A stretch of 60,834 nt of DNA from Myxococcota bacterium (GCA_041577695.1 JBFGIM010000001.1:1-60834), one strand, 5' to 3'; numbered from the stretch's first letter, positions 31,420 through 41,022 are shown. The notes: a model not told the origin generated them from the letters alone. Translations and numbers: made by a program.

Positions 31420-33180
31420 TCAGCGCAACATCCGCTCCACCGCGCGGAGCTGGGCGTCGAAGGCCGGCTCGCGCGGACCGGTGGCCCGTGCGCGCTCCAA
31501 CCATTCGCGGGCCTCGTCGGCGCGCCCGAGCCGCGCATACACTCGAGCCAACGAGAGGGAGAAGCCGGGCGGCGGCTCTCCTTCGAGCTGCGCGAGCAAC
31601 GCCAGGTACGTGGTCAACGCCTCCTGCTGGCGCCCCTGCTGCTCCAGCGCCATCCCCAGACACGACTGGATGCCGGGGAGGTCCGCGATGGCGGGCGCTT
31701 CGGTACGGAGCCGCGTGACACGCCGCACCGCATCCTGCGGACGACCCGACGCCAGGGCGTTGTTGCAGGACAGCTCGTGCAGCCCGACTTCGTTGACGTA
31801 GCTGGCCCGCGCCGGAGAGCCGGGCGTCACGGCGGCGGTGAGCCGCGCCAGGTGTTCGGCCGCTTGCGGATAGCGCTGGCTCAGGAAGTACGTCTTCGCC
31901 AGGTGATAGCGACCCTCGCGAAAGTCCGGATCGCGGGCGAGGTCGCGCTCGAAGAGGATCTCGGTCGAGCGCCAGTCGGGCAGCCGCACCCAGGTCCGCT
32001 GGGCGAGGACGAGCACCAGGGCGGCACCGAGCACCGCGAAGCCGGCGCTGCGGGCACGGGCCGGAAGCGCGCGCAGCGCCAGCGGCAACAGGTCGGCGAC
32101 CAGCAGCGCGGCGCCGAACACCGAGAGGAAGAGGTAGCGCTCGGCCCGCGCGTGGAGCTGGGGCGTCAGGTTGGCCGAAGGAAGGAAGGCGATCCAGATC
32201 CACGCGAGCCCCAGCGCGGCCGCGGTGCGCCCGGCTCTCAGCAGCGCCACCCAGGCCACCAGCGAGAACAGTGCGAGCGCGAGCCCGAGCCACAGCATCG
32301 GATCGGCGAGCGACGTCACCACGCGCACTGCATCGCTCGTGTTGGAATGCAGCGGCGCAAACAGCCAGCCCAGGCTCTGGGGCCAGGACGCGATGGCGCT
32401 GGCCCAATGGCTGGTGGGTGCATTGCCGATCCAAGCGTGCGCCGGCTGTGTGGCGCCCAGCACCGCCGGCCGCCAGACCGCGACGTAGAGGCCGGCGGCG
32501 GCGGCCTGGACGCCCGCGAGCATCAGGCCCCGCCGCAGGCGGGCGCGGCGCGCAGCGCCCGCGCTCTCGAGAGCGGCGCCGACGGTCGCCGCCACCAGCA
32601 GCACCGGAGCCACCACCCCTTTCTCCTTGGCCAGCCACGCGAGTACAGCGGCGAGCGCGGCGACGACAGCGGCCGCGGCGCCCCCTGAGCGGACGAAACG
32701 GAGCCCGAGCCATACGCTCGCGATCACGAAGAGAGCGGACAGCGGTTCCGCTACGCCCGAGATCCAGGCGTAGGCCTCGACTCCCACCGGATGCGCCGCC
32801 GTCAGGGCCGCCGCCAGTAGCGCCGCTGGAACGCTCCCGAGCACGTCGCGCGCGAAGAGCGCGAACACGGTGCAGAGCGCCACGCCCAGGAAGAGCGACC
32901 ACAACCGGTAGTAGCGCGGCGTCGGCCCCACGACTCGGTGGATGGCGGTGGCGGCGACGATCTGGAGCGGGCGGTAGTACGGGTTCGAGCCAGGCGTGGC
33001 GTAGCCGGGGGACTGGTGCAGCGGGCGGTCGAACGCGGCAATCAACGGCTGGTCCACGAGCACGATCTCGCGATCGCCTATCTCGCGCTGATCCATCCAG
33101 ACCAGCTCGTAGTCGAGTGCGCGGACGTAGAGTCCCAGCAGCAGCAACGCGGGCAACAACAGCGCAGACCAGCGCAACAT
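31420..33180 (-). CDS. GT-C fold glycosyltransferase-like membrane protein with C-terminal TPR repeats (TMTC/PMT_2-like)
   Basis: About 11 TM segments are followed by TPR units. NPYYRPL in the first loop is typical of TMTC-like proteins. The start was taken at MLRWSALLLP (the track ORF extends to 33297). Confidence 0.7.
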   Translation of the reverse strand: MLRWSALLLPALLLLGLYVRALDYELVWMDQREIGDREIVLVDQPLIAAFDRPLHQSPGYATPGSNPYYRPLQIVAATAIHRVVGPTPRYYRLWSLFLGVALCTVFALFARDVLGSVPAALLAAALTAAHPVGVEAYAWISGVAEPLSALFVIASVWLGLRFVRSGGAAAAVVAALAAVLAWLAKEKGVVAPVLLVAATVGAALESAGAARRARLRRGLMLAGVQAAAAGLYVAVWRPAVLGATQPAHAWIGNAPTSHWASAIASWPQSLGWLFAPLHSNTSDAVRVVTSLADPMLWLGLALALFSLVAWVALLRAGRTAAALGLAWIWIAFLPSANLTPQLHARAERYLFLSVFGAALLVADLLPLALRALPARARSAGFAVLGAALVLVLAQRTWVRLPDWRSTEILFERDLARDPDFREGRYHLAKTYFLSQRYPQAAEHLARLTAAVTPGSPARASYVNEVGLHELSCNNALASGRPQDAVRRVTRLRTEAPAIADLPGIQSCLGMALEQQGRQQEALTTYLALLAQLEGEPPPGFSLSLARVYARLGRADEAREWLERARATGPREPAFDAQLRAVERMLR

Positions 33181-33181
33181 C

Positions 33182-33862
33182 TCAAGCGTCTCCGGCGCGA
33201 TCCGAACGCGCCTCGCGCAGGACTCCCAGGTACCAGGCGCGCAAGCCAGGGTGCGCCAGCGGGACCAGGATTGCCGCGGCCAGCACGGCGGTCGCAATCC
33301 AGAAGCGTGGCGTCCCGAACGCGAGCAGGGTCGATCCGAACAGGGAATAGGCGAAGGCGCGCAGCGGCGCCGTCAGCGCCACCGCCAGCACGAAGGCCGA
33401 CAGCGCCACGGCCGTCAGTCCGGCGCCGAGATGGACAGGCGTCATGGCGCCCGCGGGGTGTCCGGTCATGAGTGCCACCAGCATCGGCCCCGCCGGCTGG
33501 GCGCGCCGCTCGATGGACGCGAAGGACGAGCCGAGCCGGCGCCGCAGCCACCGGTTGGCCACCTCGCGGGCAAGCCCGTACTGCACCAGCGCCGAGAGCA
33601 GGATGCCGAGGCTTCCCAGCAACGTGCCCTGCCACACGCCGAAGAGCACGCCGCCCGCCGACAGCAGCAGGGCCGAGGGCATCAGCAGGAACTGGCGGAA
33701 GGTCACCATGCCGACGAAGCCGGCCGGCGCCCGCCAGCCCAGCTGCGTGACCGCCGCCTGTACCCCGGCCGGCGTGAGGTCGAGGTTCATCCGCTCGCGC
33801 ACCAGGTCGCCGACGAAGAAGAGCCCAGCCACCAGCACGATCCAGGGGAGTAGGCGGCGCAT
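33182..33862 (-). CDS. VTT-domain (DedA/TVP38/SNARE-associated) membrane protein
   Basis: It is polytopic, with FRQFLLMPSALLLSAGGVLFG typical of the family. Confidence 0.7.
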   Translation of the reverse strand: MRRLLPWIVLVAGLFFVGDLVRERMNLDLTPAGVQAAVTQLGWRAPAGFVGMVTFRQFLLMPSALLLSAGGVLFGVWQGTLLGSLGILLSALVQYGLAREVANRWLRRRLGSSFASIERRAQPAGPMLVALMTGHPAGAMTPVHLGAGLTAVALSAFVLAVALTAPLRAFAYSLFGSTLLAFGTPRFWIATAVLAAAILVPLAHPGLRAWYLGVLREARSDRAGDA

Positions 33863-33899
33863 GACCGGCGAGGATAGCCCGCCGCGAGGCCTGCCGGAC

Positions 33900-34739
33900 T
33901 CAGCACTCCAGAAGTGCCCGGCAGGCGGTCACGGCCGATCGCACGAAGCGATCGGTCCGTTCGCGCTGCGCTTCGGCTCCGGCAGTGGCGACCAGGGCAT
34001 CACCCTCCAGGACTGCACCGAACCAGCCCTCGCGATGCCAGTGACCGCCTCCGTCGAGCGGTCCGGGCCTGGGCGACTCCGGGTAGGGATAGGGCGTCAC
34101 GTACCAGTAGGGCTCGGGATAGGAACCGTCGCCGGGCGTCATGCCGACACCCACCGTACGGCCGGGAGCGAGCTCGATCAGCGTGGCGATGTCGAAGTGA
34201 TGGGGCCAGCATCGCACCGTGGAGGCGCCGGGCGTGGCTTCGACCAGCCGCTCGAGCAGTGCGGCGGAATTGGCGTACCAGCGCGACAGCTCCGCCGCCG
34301 CAGCGGCGTCGAGACGCAGTGGCTCTCCCGCCGACAGCGGGTGCTCGGGCGGCTCGTTCGGGGTGCGCGTCAGCGAGCCGTCCGAGGCCAGACCCAGGTG
34401 CGCCAGCTGGGACGCCGCCCACCGGTAGCCGTCCTCCAGGGTGCGTCCGTCCAGCGGAAACTCGTGGGTCTTGCCGTCTTCGGCCACCACCAGGAGCCCG
34501 GCGTCGGCCAGCCGCAGCCCGACGCGGGCCAGGACACCGCGCGATCGCAACTCGCGGACCAGGGCACCCAGCTCGTGGGACCACGCCAGGTTGGTGTGGC
34601 TGTCGTCGTCGGCCGCCGGGTTCAGCGTCCGCCCCGCATCGGCGGGGATCTGGGCGCCCCAGTGAAGCGCGAGCCGTGTGTCGACCAAGGAGTGGGGCGG
34701 GGGCTTCCCGAGCGCCTGCCAGTTGGGATCGGCTGTCAT
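33900..34739 (-). CDS. Conserved hypothetical protein (279 aa), family not assigned
   Basis: The start at MTADPNWQALG has the RBS GGGAGAG, and GC3-rich codon usage supports coding. The track ORF upstream extension (to 35378) is Arg/Pro-rich noise. Confidence 0.7.
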   Translation of the reverse strand: MTADPNWQALGKPPPHSLVDTRLALHWGAQIPADAGRTLNPAADDDSHTNLAWSHELGALVRELRSRGVLARVGLRLADAGLLVVAEDGKTHEFPLDGRTLEDGYRWAASQLAHLGLASDGSLTRTPNEPPEHPLSAGEPLRLDAAAAAELSRWYANSAALLERLVEATPGASTVRCWPHHFDIATLIELAPGRTVGVGMTPGDGSYPEPYWYVTPYPYPESPRPGPLDGGGHWHREGWFGAVLEGDALVATAGAEAQRERTDRFVRSAVTACRALLEC

Positions 34740-34786
34740 GCTCTCTCCCGGTTCCGCCCCCTTCGACGCCGACGACGACCCTTCGG

Positions 34787-35080
34787 TTACGGGCCTCCGT
34801 CGTCCTCGTAGCGGGCCGCCATCCCCTTCCAGCGCGCCCAGGCCGAGACCGCGCCGCCCACCGAGAACAGGGCGCCCGCCACCAGCAACCGAACGTAGAG
34901 ATCGGGGTCCCGCAGGCGCTCCGCGCCCGCTCCGCTCAGCAGCTCGACGACCGCGATCACCGCCGCCGCCATGGGCAGGCCGCGGAGCACGCCGCGGCTC
35001 ACCAGGTACGGAACCAAGCCCCCCTGGCGGATCCGTTCCCAACGCTCGCGGCCGGGATCGATCTTGGCGGGCCCGGTCAC
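34787..35080 (-). CDS. Small 2-TM membrane protein (97 aa)
   Basis: A GTG start forms a GTGA overlap with the Nudix stop. There are two hydrophobic segments (MAAAVIAVVELL, LLVAGALFSVGGAV). Confidence 0.5.
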   Translation of the reverse strand: MTGPAKIDPGRERWERIRQGGLVPYLVSRGVLRGLPMAAAVIAVVELLSGAGAERLRDPDLYVRLLVAGALFSVGGAVSAWARWKGMAARYEDDGGP

Positions 35081-35628
35081 GGCGATCCCGGTGCCAGCCG
35101 GAACCAGTGGAGCGCAGCCACGACCAGGGCGTGATCGATGGCCCCCTCGCGCAGGCGCCGGTCGAGATCGGCCTGCGGTACCAGCTCGACCACGGTCTCT
35201 TCGTTGGATTGGGGTTCCACCTCGCCGACCTTCTCGACGCCGCGCGCCCAATAGCTGTGGACGCGGTTGCCGAACAGGGCCGGGTTCGGGTTGACCCGGC
35301 CGATCGGCTCCCACTCGCCGCCGGCGTAGCCGGTCTCCTCACGCAGCTCGCGCCGGCCGGCCTCGAGCGGCGACTCACCCGGGTCCACGATGCCCCCGGG
35401 AATCTCCAGCGTCACCGAGCCCTCGCCGTGGCGGAACTGCCGGACCATCACGATCTCGCCCTCGGCAGTCACCGGGACCACGTTCACCCACTCCTCGGCG
35501 TCGATGCAGAAGAACGGGTGCACGTCGCCCGTGCGGGGCGAAACGGCCAGGGTGCGGCGCACGCGGAACACGGCGCAGTCGTGCAGGGGCTGGCTCTCTA
35601 GAACCGTCCATTTCGGGGGGCGCCTCAT
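35077..35628 (-). CDS. NUDIX hydrolase (ADP-ribose pyrophosphatase-like)
   Basis: The Nudix box is GGIVDPGESPLEAGRRELREETG. The start was taken at MRRPPKWTVLES. Confidence 0.85.
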   Translation of the reverse strand: MRRPPKWTVLESQPLHDCAVFRVRRTLAVSPRTGDVHPFFCIDAEEWVNVVPVTAEGEIVMVRQFRHGEGSVTLEIPGGIVDPGESPLEAGRRELREETGYAGGEWEPIGRVNPNPALFGNRVHSYWARGVEKVGEVEPQSNEETVVELVPQADLDRRLREGAIDHALVVAALHWFRLAPGSP

Positions 35629-35692
35629 CGCGATGAGGCTAGCCCAGGCCGCATTCACGGCGCGATGCGATCCTGCTAGTGTCCGCCACGCC

Positions 35693-37753
35693 ATGGCCGG
35701 CTCCGACGCCCCCCTCCGCCGCGTCAGCGCTCCGCGACACTTCCAGATGGTTCTCCTCGCCGTCCTCGTGGGTGTCACCGGCGCGTTCGGTGCCATCCTG
35801 TTCCGCTTCCTGATCCAGCTGTTCCAGGAGGCCTTCTTCGGCGGGGCCCCCTTCTGGGAAGGGCTCGCCAACGGCGCCCTGGTGCTGGGCGAAGAAGATC
35901 CGATCGCCCTGGGGCAGAGCCTGCCCTGGTGGCGTCGGCTGATCGCGCCGGCCCTGGGCGGTCTGGTCGTGGGACCGCTGGTCTACTACCTGGCGCGCGA
36001 GGCCAAGGGGCACGGCGTCCCCGAGGTGATGGAGGCGGTGGCGCTGCGCGGCGGCGTGATCCGGCCGCGCGTGGTGGCGGTCAAGACCCTGGCCTCGTCG
36101 CTCACCATCGCGTCGGGCGGCTCGGTCGGTCGCGAGGGTCCCATCGTCCAGATCGGCTCTGCGCTGGGCTCGTCCCTGGGCCAGCTGCTGAGAATGCCGG
36201 CCCGCGAGCTTCGCACGCTGGTCGGCTGCGGCGCGTCCGCGGGCATTGCGGCCACCTTCAACGCACCGATCGCCGGCGCGCTCTTCGCGGTGGAGGTCAT
36301 CCTCGGCGACTTCGCGGTGGCGCAGCTCAGCCCGATCGTGATCTCGTCGGTGGTGGCCACCGTGGTCTCCCGCTTCTTCCTCGGCAACGAACCGGCCTTC
36401 GCGGTGCCGAGCTACGAGCTGGTCAGCCCCTTCGAGCTGATGCCCTACATGGTCGTCGGTGTGATCGCGGGCCTCGTGGCGCTCGTCTTCATGGCGGTGC
36501 TCTACAAGGCCGAGGACGGCTTCGAGCGTCTGCGCATGCCCGAACCCTTGAAGGCGGCGGTGGGTGGGTTGATCGTGGGAGCCATCGGCATCCAGCTTCC
36601 CCATGTCTTCGGGGTCGGCTACGGCACCATCAGCGCTGCCCTCGCCGGGGCGCTGCCGCTCTGGATCCTGGGCCTGCTTCTGGTCGCCAAGATCATCGCC
36701 ACCTCGGTGACCGTCGGCTCGGGCGGATCCGGCGGCGTGTTCGCGCCGTCGCTGTTCCTGGGCGCGATGACCGGGGGCTTCTGCGGCACGCTGATCCACC
36801 TGTGGTTCCCGGAGTCGACCGCCAGCTCGGGCGCCTACGCGCTGGTGACGATGGGCGCGGTGGTCTCGGCCACGACCCACGCCCCGATCACCGCCATCAT
36901 CATGATCTTCGAGATGACCCAGTCGATCAGCATCATCCCGCCGCTGATGGCCGCGTGCGTGATCTCGACGATCGTCTCCTCCTACCTGAAGCGCGATTCG
37001 ATCTACACCATGAAGCTGATGCGGCGCGGCACCGACCTGCTGGCTGGCAAGGATCCGAACGTGCTGAAGACCCTCTTCGTGCGCGACGTGATCGACCGCG
37101 AGCCCGAGCTGCTGCCGGCCTCGGCCACCTTCACCGAGGTCCTGGACCTGGTGGTGAGCAGTCGTCACAGCGCGTTCTTCGTGGTGAACGACGCCGCCGA
37201 CCTGCTCGGCGCCATCTCGGTGTCCGAGCTGCGCAGGCTGATCCTCGAGCAGGACACCCTGCGCCACGTCGTCGTCGCGGCCGACCTGATCGAGCACGGC
37301 CGTCCCACGGTGACCGAGAACGACGATCTCGACACCGTGATGCAGCTCTTCTCGCGCACCGACGCCTCCGAGCTCCCGGTGGTTGGAGAGGGCGCTTCGC
37401 GCCACGTGATGGGCGCGGTCCACGAGCAGGACGTGCTCGAGGCCTACGACCGCGAGATGCTGCGGCGCGACCTGGCGGGCGGCGTCACCAGCCGCGTGGG
37501 GCTGGCCGGGCGCGGCCACAGCGTGGACCTGGGTGGGGGGTTCGTACTCACCCAGGTGGAAGCACCGGCGCACTACTTCGATCGCAGCCTTCGCGAGCTG
37601 GACCTGCGCGCCCGCACCGGTGTGCACGTGGTGCTGCTGCGCGGCATACGGGGTGAGGTGCGCGTGCCCTCCGCGGACGATCGGGTGCGCGCCGGCGACG
37701 TTCTGGTGATCGCGGGCGAGCGCGACGCGGTCCACGCGGTCGCGGGCGACTAG
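35693..37753 (+). CDS. ClC-type chloride channel/transporter with a C-terminal CBS pair and a TrkA-C (RCK_C) domain
   Basis: GREGPIVQIGSA and GSGGVFAPS match ClC. Two CBS-like units follow, then LRELDLRARTGVHVVLLRG...RAGDVLVIAGERD. An alternative ATG start is at 35633. Confidence 0.85.
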   Translation: MAGSDAPLRRVSAPRHFQMVLLAVLVGVTGAFGAILFRFLIQLFQEAFFGGAPFWEGLANGALVLGEEDPIALGQSLPWWRRLIAPALGGLVVGPLVYYLAREAKGHGVPEVMEAVALRGGVIRPRVVAVKTLASSLTIASGGSVGREGPIVQIGSALGSSLGQLLRMPARELRTLVGCGASAGIAATFNAPIAGALFAVEVILGDFAVAQLSPIVISSVVATVVSRFFLGNEPAFAVPSYELVSPFELMPYMVVGVIAGLVALVFMAVLYKAEDGFERLRMPEPLKAAVGGLIVGAIGIQLPHVFGVGYGTISAALAGALPLWILGLLLVAKIIATSVTVGSGGSGGVFAPSLFLGAMTGGFCGTLIHLWFPESTASSGAYALVTMGAVVSATTHAPITAIIMIFEMTQSISIIPPLMAACVISTIVSSYLKRDSIYTMKLMRRGTDLLAGKDPNVLKTLFVRDVIDREPELLPASATFTEVLDLVVSSRHSAFFVVNDAADLLGAISVSELRRLILEQDTLRHVVVAADLIEHGRPTVTENDDLDTVMQLFSRTDASELPVVGEGASRHVMGAVHEQDVLEAYDREMLRRDLAGGVTSRVGLAGRGHSVDLGGGFVLTQVEAPAHYFDRSLRELDLRARTGVHVVLLRGIRGEVRVPSADDRVRAGDVLVIAGERDAVHAVAGD

Positions 37754-38340
37754 AGCACCTCGTCGATGCGGATCAGCGCGCCAGCGTCGCCAGGATCGAA
37801 GGTGCCTTCGGCGGAGCCCTGGAGGTCACCGGGCTCGCGGGTCATGGCGTTGCCGTCGGCGTCCAGGCGTGCAGAGAGCTGCAGCGGCCCCGCGAAGGGC
37901 AGCGCCTGGATCATTCGGTCGCCCGGACCGATCGAGAACTCGAGCGGAAGGCTCGGCGACGGGATCCGCTGCACCGCCAGCGGCGGGCCCGGCTCCGGTC
38001 GCCGCGCGATCAGGAAGAGGATGGCGCCGCTGGGCACGCGCCCCTCCAGCTCCGGTGCCAGCTCGATGCGCCCGCGCACCGGCGCCGCATCCTCCGCGGG
38101 CCCGGGAGCTGCGGGCGGCGGCGCCCCGCGCGCCATCGGGGGCTGCTCGCCGGCGGTCTCGGCGGAACGCTCGGCGCCCTCCGGGAAGATGCGCGCCAGG
38201 TCGGGTGCCTCCGGACGCTCGTCGGCCACGTACGGCTCCATCGAGCGATCGCAGCCCCACGCCAACGCGGCCAGCAGTATCGCGACGATTGCAGGGCGCG
38301 CCGGGGGGGTGCGGCGCAGGAACGGCGTGCGGGACTTCAT
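37750..38340 (-). CDS. Lipoprotein with a C-terminal domain resembling the CcmI/CycH C-terminal region
   Basis: The lipobox is LAWGC and a Pro/Ala-rich linker follows. GAILFLIARRPEPGPPLAVQRIPSPSLPLEFSIGPGDRM...LSARLDADGNAMTREPGDLQG is the resembling region (pattern-based). Confidence 0.6.
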   Translation of the reverse strand: MKSRTPFLRRTPPARPAIVAILLAALAWGCDRSMEPYVADERPEAPDLARIFPEGAERSAETAGEQPPMARGAPPPAAPGPAEDAAPVRGRIELAPELEGRVPSGAILFLIARRPEPGPPLAVQRIPSPSLPLEFSIGPGDRMIQALPFAGPLQLSARLDADGNAMTREPGDLQGSAEGTFDPGDAGALIRIDEVL

Positions 38341-38386
38341 GGTGTCGTCAACCTTAGCGCAGGCCGCGTGATACGATCCGGCCTCC

Positions 38387-39421
38387 ATGGCCGACGCCCG
38401 CCGCCTCGACGAGCACTCGCTTCCCGACTACCTCCGCGGTGTGGGCCTGCTCCCCGCCGCGGTCGACGCGCAGGTGGAGCCGGCGGGCGACGGCAACATC
38501 AACTGGGTGCGACGGGTGTCTAGCGAGGCCGGCTCCTGGATCGTCAAGCAGGCGCGGCCCGCGCTCGAGCGCTTCCCCGAGTACCGCGTCAGCACCGAAC
38601 GGATCGTGTTCGAGGCGCGCTACTTCGAGCGGGCGCGCGCGCTGGATCCCGAGGGCGTCTGCCCCGAGGTCCTTCACTTCGACGCCGAGGCGCGGGTGCT
38701 GGTGCTGGGCGACCTGGGCGCAGCGCCGCGCCTCGATCACGAGCTGGCACGTGGCGCGGACGGCCGTGCCGCCGGCGAGCGGCTCGCCCGCTTTCTCGGG
38801 CGCGTCCACGCCGGCACCGGCGGGCTCGATCCGGCGGAGTTCGCCAACGACGAGATGCGCCGACTCCATGGCGACCACATCTTCGCCCTGCCCTTCCGGA
38901 CCCACGACTTTCCGCTGCCCCCGGCGCTGCGCAGCCGGGCCGAAGCGATCTGGCGCGACGGCTCCCTGGCCGAACTCGCCGATGGCGCCTACCGGCGTTA
39001 TCTGGACGCGGGCGAAGTGCTGGTTCATGGCGACGTCCAGGCGGGCAACGTGCTGCTGCCCCCTGCCGGCGCCGTGCTGCTCGATGCGGAGATCGCCCAC
39101 CTGGGCGACCCGGGCTTCGACATGGGCACACTGATCGCGCACCTGCTGCTTCCGGCCGTCGCCGCGGGCCGGCCGGAGCGGGCGGCCGCCGCGGTCTCCG
39201 CCACCTGGCAGAGCTACCTGGCGGTCGGAGGCCGCGCCGATCCGGAAGCCACCGCGCGTTACGCGGCGCTCGAGATGCTGCGGCGGACGCTGGGCGCCGC
39301 GCGCGTGCCGGCTGTGGAGGCCGAGGTCGCCTCGCTGGCCGTGCTGGACTTTGCGGAGCCGCTGGTGGGCGAGCCCGATCGTCTCGGCCTGGCCGCTCCG
39401 GCGCAGCTCTCGAAGGGCTAA
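38387..39421 (+). CDS. mtnK: Methylthioribose kinase-like phosphotransferase (APH fold)
   Basis: GDGNINWVRRV, IVKQARPAL and LVHGDVQAGNVLL match the family. Confidence 0.6.
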   Translation: MADARRLDEHSLPDYLRGVGLLPAAVDAQVEPAGDGNINWVRRVSSEAGSWIVKQARPALERFPEYRVSTERIVFEARYFERARALDPEGVCPEVLHFDAEARVLVLGDLGAAPRLDHELARGADGRAAGERLARFLGRVHAGTGGLDPAEFANDEMRRLHGDHIFALPFRTHDFPLPPALRSRAEAIWRDGSLAELADGAYRRYLDAGEVLVHGDVQAGNVLLPPAGAVLLDAEIAHLGDPGFDMGTLIAHLLLPAVAAGRPERAAAAVSATWQSYLAVGGRADPEATARYAALEMLRRTLGAARVPAVEAEVASLAVLDFAEPLVGEPDRLGLAAPAQLSKG

Positions 39422-40326
39422 CCGGCCTCGCGGTCGGCTTCCTCGGCGCGCTCGGCCAGCGCCTCGGCGGGCGACTCGCTGGGCGTGCTGGCCCACTGCA
39501 TCCGGGTGTAGTCGAAGTTGCCCTCGGCCAGCTCGTTGAACTTGACGATGTCGAAGTAGGGCGAGAGATCGAAGTCGCGCGGCGTCACCAGCGTCGGGTG
39601 ACGCATGCGGAAGATCCCGGTGTAGTGGCTGCTCGGATGGCCCAGGATGCGGTTCACCAGGCCCCGCTCCAGCTTGCTCGCCGGCGCCGGTGGCGCCGCG
39701 TCGGTTGGATAGGTCACGCTGGGAAGGACCGGGAAGCGCACCTGCTGGAACATCCGCGCGATCAGACTGGAGCAGATCACCTCGGTGGGCTCGCTGCTCC
39801 CGAAGTGGAGCGCCGCGGTGCGCAGGCGGTTCGGAACCAGCTGCACGGGAATCAGGTAGCGCGCCAGGTCCATCACGTTGCGAAGGTCGTAGCGCCAGCC
39901 GACGGCATCGACCGACTCGTCCATGATCCGCTTCAGGTGGTCCGCTCGCAGTCCGTGGGGGCGACAGATCCGGATGTTGTAGTCCACGTACTTGGCCAGC
40001 GGCGAGACCACCACGCCCTCGGGGAGGGCCTCCACCACCAGGCGCGACGCCTCGTTGCCGAAGCGGGCGCGCACGTCGTCGGCCAACCCGCCTCCGCGGG
40101 CCAGGAACTCGTCGCCTACGTAGATCACCGAGTGGGACCAGGAGCTCTGGGTCAGGTACCGGATGATCGCCGAGACGCGCTGATCGCCCTCGACCAGGAT
40201 CACGTCCCCCTTCCGCACGTGTGCCTTCAGCGCCGCAAGATCGTTGCGTCCGCGCCGCTCGTAGTACGGAAGCGGTTCGGTCAGGTAGTCGATGATCCGA
40301 GCGGTGAGCCAGCGGCGAATGCCCAT
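39418..40326 (-). CDS. YiiX/YaeF-like permuted papain-fold (NlpC/P60 superfamily) protein
   Basis: KGDVILVEGDQRVSAIIRYLTQSSWSHSVIYVG and the later VICSSLIARMF match. The start was taken at MGIRRWL (the track ORF extends to 40479). Confidence 0.65.
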   Translation of the reverse strand: MGIRRWLTARIIDYLTEPLPYYERRGRNDLAALKAHVRKGDVILVEGDQRVSAIIRYLTQSSWSHSVIYVGDEFLARGGGLADDVRARFGNEASRLVVEALPEGVVVSPLAKYVDYNIRICRPHGLRADHLKRIMDESVDAVGWRYDLRNVMDLARYLIPVQLVPNRLRTAALHFGSSEPTEVICSSLIARMFQQVRFPVLPSVTYPTDAAPPAPASKLERGLVNRILGHPSSHYTGIFRMRHPTLVTPRDFDLSPYFDIVKFNELAEGNFDYTRMQWASTPSESPAEALAERAEEADREAG

Positions 40327-40402
40327 GAGTTCTCCGTCCTGCAGCCTCCAACCGCTCGACACCGCTTTACATGCAAACGGCGATTGGGAAGAATCGCGCG
40401 CC

Positions 40403-40891
40403 GTGCCCGAATCCGCCCCCCGCCACCCTGCGCTGCTGGCCCTGCTCTGGTCGATCCTCGGAGCCTGGCTGGGGCTCATGCTCTACTTCGGGGCGGTGGT
40501 GGCCCCGGCGGCCTTCCGTGTGCTCCCTTCGCCCGAAGTGGCGGGCGATCTCGTGGGCCAGATCCTGGGCCCGGTCCAGCTCTTCGGAGCCGCGGCCGGG
40601 CTGGTCCTGGCGGCGCTGGGAATCGCCCTCGGATCGGGACGATTGGCCACCGGCCTCCCCCTGCTGCTCGCCGTCCTGTGCCTCCTCAATCATTTCGGCG
40701 TATCGCCGGCAGTGGCTGAGATCCAGTTCTCGGATCTGCAGCCGGGCGACGCCGAGCGATTCTCCCGTCTCCACCAGCTCTCGGTCGGCATCTTCTCCGT
40801 GGTGGGTGTGGGGCTGCTCGTTCTGGTGGGGCTGCACGCCGGGAGGGCCCTCCCCACCGGGCGGCGAGAGACACGCATGAAGAGCCCCTAG
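40403..40891 (+). CDS. DUF4149-like 4-TM membrane protein
   Basis: There are four hydrophobic helices. LYFGAVVAPAAFRVLP resembles the family. The GTG start is uncertain. Confidence 0.6.
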   Translation: MPESAPRHPALLALLWSILGAWLGLMLYFGAVVAPAAFRVLPSPEVAGDLVGQILGPVQLFGAAAGLVLAALGIALGSGRLATGLPLLLAVLCLLNHFGVSPAVAEIQFSDLQPGDAERFSRLHQLSVGIFSVVGVGLLVLVGLHAGRALPTGRRETRMKSP

Positions 40892-40974
40892 GCAGGCGAA
40901 GAAAACGGGGATTCGCCATAGCCCTTTGCGGTTCCGTGGGGTATCTTTAGCCGCGCAAAATCGAAATTTGCTTT

Positions 40975-40980
40975 TATAAT
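40975..40980 (+). promoter_or_regulatory. Isolated consensus -10 hexamer TATAAT in a local AT-rich patch
   Basis: AAAATCGAAATTTGCTTTTATAAT lies 43 nt upstream of the ATG at 41023. No convincing -35 element occurs at 16-18 nt spacing. Confidence 0.25.
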
Positions 40981-41022
40981 CGAGGCCTTACGCGCACCTC
41001 AGGCCGTCGAACCGGGGATCCG

